This document shows, one piece after another, positions 46,655-58,062 of a stretch of DNA of 64,000 nucleotides. Position numbers and translations under genes: made by a program. Origin of the DNA: Selaginella moellendorffii (Eukaryota > Plantae > Lycopodiophyta); contig NW_003314331.1 of assembly GCF_000143415.4 (NCBI RefSeq), positions 103,222-167,221 on the forward strand, written 5' to 3'. Positions within the stretch are counted from its first letter, which is position 1; every line of letters starts with the position of its first letter. Below the pieces are notes generated by a model. It saw only the letters and a program-made list of their open reading frames with translations, did no database searches and had not been told where the DNA came from.

Positions 46655-47947
46655 GGCGAGAGCGAGTGAGCGACAACGACAATGACGATGCCGATGAAGA
46701 AAGACATGGAGGAGGGGCGGAACAGCAGGAAGGGGAAGCGCTTCACCACAAAGACACCAGCACGAGAGATCTCCAGTGTCACAATCGTGGGATGAAAGAA
46801 TACTATGGCATCTTTGTTTTAAATTTAGGATTTTGGCAATGGCATCGCTTCACGGCGTGACGCTCTCGGGATTGTGCGCTTGAAAATGATCGGCCTCGAG
46901 TGCCGGAATAGCTGCTCAGCGACACTGTTTTTTTTTTCTAACTCCAAGCTTTGGTTTCTTCCTTTTTCTTCTGATGCCTTGGGCTTATTCCACGATGGCT
47001 CCACCTCCACAAGTCTCTCAGTCTCCCGGCATTAAGTGTTTCTAACGCAGTGCCAGTGTATGTGCAGCATAAGCAGGGCTGTGCGCTCCTACTGCTAAAC
47101 CATTTTCGCGCACTGAACAACATTTCACTGCTGACTTACGATCGGGTATGAAAGTTTTTTTAACATTTAAGGCTCCTTTTTCTAATCAACAGGATCTTTC
47201 AGAGTGGTGGAAATTCCAAAAGTGGGAAGCTTGCCTAGACCTGGACAAATGGAGCCGTTTGTCTGTGTAAGTGTCAAGCTCGATTCGTATGTTATTGTCT
47301 TTCTACTGACATATTTTATGACCATACGAGGGTTATGCATTCGCAAACATGTTCCCGAAGTTGAGGTACGTAAGATCTCAGTTTACTCAACTGATAAATG
47401 TAAACCAGACGGTCCATCCACTGAAGACTAGGAGGTATACTTGAGATTTTACGGCGAATGTTTTTGAAACATCTCCTTGTTCTTTTCTGTGCAGGCTTCT
47501 CTCAAAGGCACACGGAAGTTCTCGGGCCTTTTAAAAGGAGTCTGCTGCAAATGGCAAAGCTGCTGAAGGACAGACAATGTTATATCGATTGCTCTTTAGT
47601 CGATCGACTGGCGTGCTTTTCAGTAGCCGTGCAACATCCCACCAGCTTAATGACAGCTTTGTTTCTTACAAGGATGAGGAGAGTGGTTCCCCCTGCATTG
47701 GCAGCGAGCGAAAGAAACTTACATGGTGAATGTGCAGGTTATCTGGGAGGATGTCTTTTTCAAGCCGTCACCCATCTCCTTCGATCTAATAGGCGTCGCA
47801 AAGTTGGACCTTTAGATACTAAGCATTGAGGGAGAACTGTGCTGGCCTTCCACTGTCCATAGTGACGCGATACTTTTGACGATGCTAAAGGGGTCAATCT
47901 GAAAGGGTATAAATTCCCCTTGTATGATTGTGTAAAGTTAAGGTTTG

Positions 47948-48706
47948 ATGGCAAAAGCTTTTGGAAGGTTGGTTGGAGACTTTGGGCTTGAAAGGAAAAT
48001 CAATATTTTTTGGGACTCTGGTTTACTTTGTGATGCTATTTCTCAAAAGTTGGTGGATGAATTCAATATTTCTGTGGACAGTAATTCACAGGTTAAGGAC
48101 TTTAAGTTTATGGTGGAGGATTGTGAGTTGAAAAGGACTCTGACTGTATTACCTGTGATTCTCTGTTATGTTATAATTTTGGGTTCGCCTTGGATGCATC
48201 AATACTGCTTAGAATTAGACACTAGTGGTTCCATAAGCACTTTAACTTTTGAGATTGATGATACTATATATTGCCTCAGGGGTAATTATAATTTATCGAT
48301 GTCCAGAAAGTATAAGAAAATAAACCAGCATATATGTACTACTTTTCATCAGGTATATTATAGCAGGATGATTAATGGCCATAAAATCAGGATTGAATTA
48401 GATAATGGTTGTGAAAGGTGTGCTATATCATTTGAACTTATCAAGAAACTTGGGCTTGAAGTAGTTCCTGATGAAAAGTATTTTACAAAAAGGCTAGTTG
48501 CAAATGATCAGACAAAAGATGGTTATGGAGTTGAGAATTTATGTTATCACCTGGCAAACTTTTCAGAAAGTAGAAATTTTTTTGCTATAAAAGATCCTAG
48601 AGAGAACCTATTTCTTGGGATGGACTGGCTTCATAAGCACTCAGAAATAATTGACTACAGGAATCACGTTGTTACTTTTAAATCTAATGAATTAGATTGC
48701 TGGTAG
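47948..48706 (+). CDS. Retropepsin-like aspartic protease ORF with two tandem protease-like domains (retroelement-derived; may be a pseudogene)
   Basis: Domain 1 INIFWDSGLLCDAISQKLVDEFNI...ILGSPWMHQY; domain 2 INGHKIRIELDNGCERCAISFELIKKLGL...LFLGMDWLHKHSEIIDYRNHVVTF. Confidence 0.65.
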   Translation: MAKAFGRLVGDFGLERKINIFWDSGLLCDAISQKLVDEFNISVDSNSQVKDFKFMVEDCELKRTLTVLPVILCYVIILGSPWMHQYCLELDTSGSISTLTFEIDDTIYCLRGNYNLSMSRKYKKINQHICTTFHQVYYSRMINGHKIRIELDNGCERCAISFELIKKLGLEVVPDEKYFTKRLVANDQTKDGYGVENLCYHLANFSESRNFFAIKDPRENLFLGMDWLHKHSEIIDYRNHVVTFKSNELDCW

Positions 48707-49384
48707 AGATTTCAATACCCATCTGGTACATATGAAATAAGTAAACATAAATTTACTGAAGAGATGAGTAGTTTATGTTGGTGCTCATTTTAATAAATAC
48801 TTATTTGCTTTATGAGCTTGAAAAAATCTTTATAAATTTGATCTTGGATAAGTTTTAGATTGATTTTGTTTCTCGCATTCTTTACAAAGAGAGCAAAGGC
48901 TGGTGTGGTAAGCCAGAAACAACATTCTCACCCATGCCATTCACTCTTCTAGAAGAGCTAAATTGATTGATTCAAAAATAATCTTATGCCAAAGCTATAT
49001 ATATTTGATTTTTCAACATTAACATGATAATGGTATTTTTACACTTTTATAGTTTCTTTTACATCGTTCCTTTTACATCAATTGAGACATATGAACTTGT
49101 TTGCCCTATAATTCTTTACAATTGTGTTTTCCATCTTAAGGCATATACCATCATTACTAGTAAAAAGCTCACTATTTGCCAAAAGCTCATACACTAGTTA
49201 ATATAAGCTCAAACTATTAGCCAAAAGAAATTATTAGGTTTCTAAACAATAGAATATTAGAAAACATAAATATACACAATTTTTAGATATCCAAAGTCAC
49301 TTCTTTATTAAAATTTTAATGCCTTTGCTTTGAGCTATTTAAAAAAGCTTTCATTGCAACTTTAGTACCAAACCATAATACACT

Positions 49385-51055
49385 AATTTTAGGTAAACTA
49401 GTACTTAGAAAGACAAGTGTAAATGATTCATAGGAACACGCAAAATCATGGCAAAAGCATGGTCTAAAAGCTTGCTATAAGGCAAGGCTATCAAAGTTAG
49501 GGAAGTAGTTCCTAAGTGTTTAAAGAGATGGCTTTGAACAAAAGTAAATAGTTGAAAACTTACATGCTTATGCATAAAACTATATTACATTGGTCGAGTG
49601 ACTTGATAAGTGAGATTGATAAGTCGGGGGAACAAAAACCCTAATTGAAGGTGTTGATTTCAAAAAGGGTGGCCCATGGGGCAAAGCATGGAGGAGTCCA
49701 TGCATGATCACAAACTTGTTAAAGGAGAGGACTTAGTAGTTTGGAGGAACAAAATTTTTAAATTATGATTCATATGGTGCACTAACATAGAGAGTCATGC
49801 TATGCATCATGGGTAATGCTGTCTATAGATGCATATATAAAAGTTGGGTTTAAGTCCTAACCCTTTAGTGCTTGGGTTCAAGTCCCACACTAAGGTATGG
49901 TGATAATTTGGAATATGAGAACACTCATTTCTTTATGGTCATGAATTCTTAGTAAGGAGACTGACTTGGGCACACTACTAAATAGAGGATGTTAAGTGCC
50001 AAGTTAGGATAATAGGATAAGAAAAGGGCTCTATAATCACCCTTTTAGTCAGTTGGCTTAGAGTGTAAGGGATAGGATCTTAATAGGGGATGCCCCAGGG
50101 TCGTGATGCATGATTAAATTGCTTATTGTGAAAGTTTAATATATTTAACTTGACCACTTTGGTGTAAGTGGTGAATGAGATGGGGACAACCAATTTTAGT
50201 TCTTATGGACCTTTGGCCGGAAAGGTTGGCTTGGGCGCATTGCCAAGTGTGGTGGATGCCCCCAGGGTCATGGTCAACAATTTAAAGGTCTAGAAGATTT
50301 AATACCTATTAGCAAACCTATTAAAGTGTCAAGGTTATCATTAGGTGATCTTAAGGCTAAACAAAGACAACATCCTTATGAGGTTAAGGAATAAAATTCC
50401 TAATTCAAAGTGTTAATTTGAATTATTGGTAATAATGTGGCTTGGTTAAAGTGATCAAGTGGGAAGGACATCTAAGGGAAATGAAGTGCAACAATGCAAT
50501 GGTATTGTGAGTTCAAAAAAATAGTCTCAAAGGAAGGACTCATGAGTGGGTTACAAGGTTTGGCCATGGATAGAACCCACAATAGAAAATATTAAGGAAA
50601 CTTACTAGGGGTGAACACTTCATGAACTTGGCAAAGCAAAACTTTTGCTATGGAACCAAAAAAATACCTCAAAGATGGAGGTAGTGATTCTATATTGCAT
50701 GGTGCAATAAAGGATAGAAGCAAAAGACTAGTGACTAAGAATGGGCTATGAAAATCATTGGAAGGAATATAAAAAACAAGTTAAACAAGGAATACCCATA
50801 TGGTAGATACTAACGGATTGTGGGAAAGGAAATATGTTTTCAATGATGGATTCCCAAATACTCCAATTTGACGAAGGTAAAAACTCCAAACGAGATAGAG
50901 GCCAAATGATAAGGCCATAAATAGCCCTAGTATGAATTATAGATAAATAAAACTTAGTGCCAAGGGTGGCATGAAATAATAGAAAGGATGATGGTGCCTT
51001 TAAATAAAGAACTTCCTAGAATGGGGAAGTGGTGTTTGCTTATCTAGTGTAATGC
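49385..51055 (+). mobile_element. Heavily mutated third copy of the non-autonomous LTR element's internal region, without LTRs
   Basis: Colinear with about 35820-37447 (catggaggagtccatgcatgatcaca, ctaggggtgaaca, ggatgatggtgcc); many G>A and C>T changes. Confidence 0.85.
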
Positions 51056-52517
51056 ACCACTGTGGCACAAAGATCATTAGATGCATTTAAAGAGGGAATA
51101 GAGGAGCAAGATAAAAACACAATAGGAAGAAAGGGGAAGATAAAAGTGATGGAAGCACATATAGAAATGGAGGGAAGAAAATAAAAATGAGAAGAATGGA
51201 AAAAATATAAGGAAGTATGAGATAAAGGGGAAGAGCTTTAAAGTCACACTTGGCATGATTGAGTAATAGAAGATAAACTTGAGCTTATATCAACCAACAT
51301 GGAAAGAATAATAGAAGACCTTTTATTATAAAATTGAGATTGGAAAGTAAATATTGATGAACTTGTGTTAAGTAACCTGTTGATGATCCTCTTAAAAGAA
51401 GGATAAAGGGGTCATTAACTTATTCATGCAAAAACCCTTTATTACTTGTGTGACTCTTTATTTCCTAAAAGAATATTTGTGTTAAAACCTTCTATTATAG
51501 CAGCATTAATAGGACATTGTTGACACTAAAGCCTCCATCTAGGAAATGGAGAATGTCAATCTAGAAAATACTAACAATGTCAATAAGTGTGGCCAACCTT
51601 ATCACACACCTAGCAATGAATATCACAACAATGACAACGTTCTTGTATTTATTTTTGAACATGAGCAAAAGCAATATTAACCTCTATTAGAACATAACTA
51701 TCTCCTATAGAAAGTGGAGCTAAATGACATATAGTGAGAAATGGAAAATGCACTGTCTTATAACGTTGTTCTAATCGAATAACATCGTTAAGAGTGGGTA
51801 GAGCAAGCACATGCATAAGTTCTACAAGATCTTGACAAAGTGTTGGCCACAATGTTTTTAACTTAATCTGCTATGACATGTTTGACTTCACACATAATAA
51901 AGGGTTTCGGAAGTGAATGCCAAATTGTATCATTGACTCAAACAGCCCTTGACAAAAATAATGCAATTTTTGGAAGACATCATCACAATCATTAGCATGT
52001 CTAAATACATGCTTGAAGACATCTAAGAGAATGCTTTAATTCACATGAGTGGCTGTGTTTAAACCATTGTACCATTGCAATACTGTTCTATGGAGATATA
52101 TATGGGAAACTCATGCAAATGCCAACCATCATCCCAAGAATGACAAATAACAATCATTGTAAAATTATCAAACCAATCATATATATCATCCCCAAGATTC
52201 CCTTAATCAATAGAAACACCATTAGGAAGCACCAGCAGAGAGCACTCTACTATACTTTTTGGAACCTTCCCCCAAGGAGATAATCACTTTGGGTTTTCAC
52301 CCTATGACTTTGTATTAGTCAAAGTTGCCCCTAGAAATTTAATATAAAAACATATATGTTAATTAATCCAAAAATTTTAACTTATATACAAGAATAAATG
52401 GTCCGAATTGAAACCAATCCCCCACTATACTAATATTAATATACATCTTAGCCATACACTTTGGACCTCACAATATATCATTAAAGTGAATGCAAATTTC
52501 AATAATTCTATCTCGAC

Positions 52518-54275
52518 TTACCCATCCAAATTAGCAAACATTTTCTGCAGCCGATCCGTGCAGGAGGTCATTGTTGGTCTAGCCTTAGGCTGCTCCTCCA
52601 GGCAGTCATCTCGAAGTTCTTCCAGCTCTTGGGTCAGAGTCACCTTGGACGTATGGATTAGCCAGCCTAGACCCCACACGTCGACTGCAGTATCGTGAGG
52701 GCCCAGAGAAATCTCAGGTGCATGACAGGCACCGGAAAGCATTGCTGCAGCACACGGAGCTGGAGAAGTGCAGGACTCATCCCAGTCAAAGAGCACCCAC
52801 TGGTTGGAAGTGAGATCGAGTCCCACGTTCCTCCAGCTCACGTCCCTGTGTATCACACCCCTCTCATGGGCATAACACAGCGCACTGGAGACATGAAGCA
52901 AGGCCTTTAACAGCTCGGGAACGGGCCTGGCTTGCTGGTTCGTATCCAGCCGCGGCGTGAACGTCAAAGTGTACAACCGATCGTCCTCATCAGGATCATT
53001 CCGTTTCCTCTTGCGGGGACAGGTCCTTGTATGACACTTCTCTGCATTTGGGCAGCCCTGTATGCGTGAATACGTGTTCCACACCTTCTTTGCCTTCTCC
53101 AGGTCCATATACCCCTTGATGACCGAGTATCCCGAAAGAACCACGGACTTGCCACCCTTCTCAGAATCCACTTCCTGCACCGTGAACGTATCAGAAATCT
53201 CGTTCCTCTTCGAGCATAGATCACAAAGGCCCGCCAGAACCCTCCCCAAGTTGAAAAGTATCAGCTGGGACCGCACCCTGCCAGTCATGCTGCTCAGATC
53301 CACCGTGACCAAATCTTCGCACTGCACCTTGCCCCCACCATGGTAGAGTGCACCGAATGTCACGTTGGGACCCCTTGCATGGTAGCCAAGCAGATAAGGC
53401 ACGTCCTTGTACACCCAGACCAGCTTGTTCATGAGCTCCTTCTTTGGATTCCCTGGCCCCCGAACTACCTTTTCTTCACCCCGGAACAAAGAATAAAGAG
53501 CGCCCACATATCCAACGTAGTCAGGAAGTTGAGACAGTGTCTGCGTCTCGCAGTTTGTGTTCCTGTCGAAAGTGAATGGCACAGAAGTCTGAAGGTACCC
53601 CTTGATTGCTTCGTGTATAAGCGTGTTCCAAAACGGAATGTAAGAAAATTCTGTAATGCCTGTAAGAGTATAGAATGGCATCAGCAACCTGAGGTTGAAG
53701 AGAAAGAGGAAACGCACCAACTTCGGGAGGTTTGATGACGCTAAGAGCCAGAAGGCTTTCCAGGTCAACGCAATACGAATTTGGGGTGCCCTTGCTGAAC
53801 ATCCCAGCTACATCATGGGACTCTAGAGTCGCATACCTCGCGGGGCTCAGCGGAAAACATAATCCCGCCGGTTTCGATACCAGGAATTCCTTGAGCGATG
53901 CAAGATCAGGAACAGCCGGGGTTGCGTATTCGCTGAGTATGTGGCGTGTGGGATCATCAACGCCTGCCAGAAGACTCAGATCATGCAGCGGAGGAAAGAG
54001 GGCATACCTTCAGCCACTGTCACTCGAGCTTGGACGACGCGGCGGGAAAGAGCTTCGACTGTCAGAAGAGCGACATCGAGGGTAGCACCCACAGCTTTCT
54101 TGCTGATTCGAACAAGCGATTCCCTCGCCCACGGCAGGAGAGATTCAGCCTGGGTAGAGCTCAGAGATTCGACAGCAACTTGGAGTACCCTCTGAGCACC
54201 CAGGTACGAGCGAGGATCATCCAGAAACCCCTCGGCAGCGTCCACCACTCCCACGAGATCGTCAAGCGTACCCAT
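52518..54275 (-). CDS. Crinkler (CRN/CR)-like protein: helical N-terminal header, PD-(D/E)xK REase-like domain, CR-type Ser/Thr kinase; 3 exons, 551 aa
   Basis: Exons 54275-54008, 53963-53718 and 53659-52518 with GT-AG phase-1 introns of 44 and 58 nt join into one open frame. TEFSYIPFWNTLI...DRNT...LPDY...FRGEEK...PKKELMNKLVWVYKDVPYLLGYHARG; kinase VIK, IHRDVSWRNV, LFDWDES, HAPEI, VDVWGLG; basic patch PRKRKR. Confidence 0.8.
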
Positions 54276-54565
54276 AGCAGCAGAATTTAGGGCCCTAAAA
54301 CACATGGAATACTTTATAGGGCCAGTTGTTCCAGTGGATATTCTCTCAGGTCAATGGCTGAGATCTGTTCTGGCTAGATTATTCAAATAATTTGCTTTCA
54401 GGGATTTTAAATTTAAATAAATGTTTAATATTTCTATATTAAAGGTATACTTTTTTAAAAAACTATATTTTATTATAAATAATTTTAAAATAAATATGCA
54501 TATTCATTTGAAAAAACAGTAATAGTAATCTAGTATTTAATATCAATTACCAGAAATAATAATAA

Positions 54566-54568
<3 letters not shown>

Positions 54569-54601
<33 letters not shown>
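54569..54601. repeat. (TA)n microsatellite
   Basis: About 16 TA units. Confidence 0.95.
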
Positions 54602-54604
<3 letters not shown>

Positions 54605-56419
54605 TCAAACAAAACCTCTAAATAAAAATTTAAGGAATTCATTAAAAATTTAGTAAAAGAGGATGATATTTAAATTTTTTATCTTATTTTAATTTTTAGT
54701 ATATTTTTATGGTCATGCATATTTTTTTAAAAGTTACACACTAAGTAAATAACACATTTATATTAAATGAAAATAATTGGTATTTGAATATACCATTTTG
54801 GTTTGCAATTATAGATGAAAGCGTTTTAGAATATTTTAAATAAATTATCTTTTAAACCACCAATTTTGGAAGAAACATGACAACATTTTCAATAGTGAGC
54901 AATAAGTAGCATGACAATTCAACAAGTTAAGTTAATCATTTATTGTGGTACATAATGTAATTAGGAGATAGGTGATATTGATTTCTTTCACATGTGTTTT
55001 AATGCTTTAGATTGTGATCTCTCAATCCATATTTCTGTTGTGCTCAAGTGTGGCTTTTATACAAGAGTGATAGAAAATTATAGGATTATAATATTTTTAA
55101 AGATTTTTCATCTCATTTCATTAGTTAAACAGTAGAATTAGGGAGTTGTTATGATAAGTGAGGATAGTGGGATGATAGAGTTTGTGTGTGGGGATACTGG
55201 TATGTTTGTTATTGTGTGTGTACTTCCATGCATTTATGCTTTTTTGTAGTTTTTTTCTTCCCAGGAGAAAGATTCATACTCAATTGGATTAGGGGGTCCT
55301 AGGAGTTTCCAAACACATCTTAGCATAGTACTTACTTGCACCCTTGAGATTAGGGACCATATTGTTCTCCTTTCTCCTGACACAACAAGCATCCATGTGT
55401 GGGGATTAACCTCCTCCATTACAAATTGTAGAGCTAGCAATGCAAATAAAGGATGGGGAGTGTTGGAGCATGAGCTCCAACATGGCTCTGTCACCATGCT
55501 CACTCACATTTCACTCTCTCTTTCTCTCGAGGTGTTAAAGAAGAAATAGGGTAGAACCAAATATTCATTCTAGGCAGCAGAATATCCTTAGTATCTAGGA
55601 GGCTACTCCCAACAAATGACCACTGGACGATCAAGTGCCTCTAGCATAAAAAGAACCAATGACTTCACCTTGTGATGTGGCCAAAGTAGAAACTTGAAAG
55701 AAAACAATGAAAATGACACAAGAAGAAAGTACAATAGGAAGTAGTAAAAAAGCTAGAAGAAATAACACATTGGACCACCTAATGTGATTGTTAAAATCCC
55801 CAATAATCATGAGGGATCTTAAATGCTCTATTATGACATATCATCTTCTGAAGTGGGAAGAAAGGAGATGAAATCATATACCCTAATTCCATACGCTCTT
55901 TTCTTTTATCTTCTCATATGTTCATCTTATAGCTTTTTGTGATAAACGGAAGACAGAACTAGAGTTTCTAGAACTAGAGTTCCTTGGTAAATGTGACCAT
56001 CACAGATGGTCCAATCCGGTTGGTCACTAAAATGAGTAAGATATCTCAACATTCTTTAACTTACTCATGTTCCACTTCAAGAGTAACTACATTGATTGAG
56101 GCTCATAATGCCGAAGGGGCAATGAAATATTGGTCGTGGCCAGTGGCATTCACCAAAGTAGACAGCTCAAGGATGTGTTGGTTCTTTCCAAGCTTAAGAG
56201 GAATGTGAAGAAGAATGTCCTTGAAAGTATGATCAAGATGTATGCGATGGATAGCATTTTGTACTCTCCTCCTCCCACTCACATCAAGCACACTTCTTTT
56301 CCCTTTTTCTTCTGTGATTTTTAGTTTCTACTTCTCTTTGTTTTAATTGCCTACTGTATTTCTTTTTCCTTTTCTAACTTTTTTCTCTTGGAGGTTAGCT
56401 TGATTCTTTTGGGGTACCA

Positions 56420-57290
56420 GGTGAGATTACCAGAGGCTCACGAATTGTTTTGAAGGAGATTTGTGGATAAATCGATCATTCCCAGCTCCACGGTGTATTT
56501 TGCAAGTTTTAAACTGCCAATAGCCTCGTTCTCGATATGGTTCAACTGTGGCAGAGTGACCTGAGGCTGACAGACTTGTTGTTGACATCCCAATTATACT
56601 TTTGACAAGTCAGACGTCTACATTCTAACAATTAGGAGTTGCAACATACGTCTGTAAATAATTCTATGGATAGCCAAAGAGCTAAAGCTATACTTGCCTC
56701 ACATAGAAATTGGTATATGCCAGTAGAGCGTTATTTCTACTTGATATAGCCACATAATATAGGATGATCAAAAAGAGGTTCAGTTGAATTCTGGCTGGTT
56801 CGCATTCTTTGGATGTCAAACCTAAGCTACTTGAGATCTAGTAAGCTTCTACAGCAGTTTAAGATCTCGAGAAGTATTGTTTGTGTGGCTCTCTGTAGGA
56901 CCTGGATGAGATTCCAGGCTATATTCTTCCCGCGAGGCTTATGGAAAATAGCCCGTGCAATTATCCATTACTTGGTTACAGCGTATTTTATTCAAGTATT
57001 AATGTGGAAGTTTTCCGGGTTGCACTTTCTGGAAAGACTGATGCACCCGCCTTGACAATGCAATGCATGTCTCGAAAGGTCTAGGGTCTGGGGAAATGGG
57101 CACTCCGAAACCTGAATCACGTAGTCACTTCTACTCTTTCCCATGTCTCTGATGCTTTGTTTCTTACAGGATTCCAGTTTTTCAGACGCTTGGGCCGATG
57201 AAATAGTTTCAGAAGAGTCCTTGCTTATGGACATCTTATCTATGACATTTTTGGACTCCCGCTGCAGCTGGAAAGATTGTTTCTCTTCAG
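56420..57290 (+). pseudogene. Probable Nup188-like N-terminal pseudogene fragments
   Basis: Exon 57170-57290 DSSFSDAWADEIVSEESLLMDILSMTFLDSRCSW resembles my recollection of plant Nup188 (WAEETLIEDNLILDILFL); also LDEIPGYIL and FLER fragments; frameshifts and stops present. Confidence 0.45.
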
Positions 57291-58062
57291 GTATGTGGCA
57301 CTGATTTTCTTGCTGACCCTGCAGTTTGTATTCGAAGCACGGTACAGGCTAGCAGTTACATGGGAGGCAGAAAAGACGCTTGTGCACGTAGAAGTCAGGG
57401 TTTATTGATCCTTATAGAGGACGATTTCTTTTTTGACATAGAAGACGCTATCTTATTTCATTGTTGTTATTATTAGTAGTGTTATATAAATATTCTTGGA
57501 TATTCCTGGCATATCTGATTAAAGTTATTTATTAAAAGTGTCTAAACCAACATAGATTAGTTTTACATTTTAGTAAATTCTCAAAAATCTGTTCCACCGA
57601 TTTTACTCAAACGTTCTCAAAACTAGAAGCTCACTCGCGCCATACCGGATGCTGACAGGACATCAAAGTTCCGTGTAATGGCAAAAAAAAATAAGAATAA
57701 CCTTAAAACCCGGAGGAGCCCTAAAATTCCTCCAAGTGAGAATGAATGGAGCCCTAGTCGATGCTGGCCTGCGCGAGAGGTCGGATGGCAGCGCGCGGAG
57801 CCACGGATGCAGGCGCCGGCGAGAATGTAAGCCTTGCGTAGCTCTCAAATCTCGTAGCAGAGGTTTTGCGATTAGGGTTTTAGGTAGCTCGTTGGGAAGA
57901 GAATTAAGTTTCGAATCTTTGGTTTTTTAAAAACTTGCTCTTTCGCTTCCTTTGTAGCTTCCGTGGAATGACATTTTCACTGTAGGATTGGCGAGTAGAG
58001 GCGCGGGGCTGGATTGATTTATGACTTGGGCGAGAGCGAGGAGTCGAGTTAGCGATTTTTCC

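Noticed and set aside
47835-47868. NCAGLPLSIVT resembles the NB-ARC GLPL motif
   Set aside because: No P-loop, kinase-2 or MHD motif nearby; another frame (LAFHCP) fits a decayed gag zinc knuckle before the protease equally well
51060-52400. Possibly coding-derived sequence next to the Crinkler-like gene
   Set aside because: No continuous frame or identifiable motif; left unassigned
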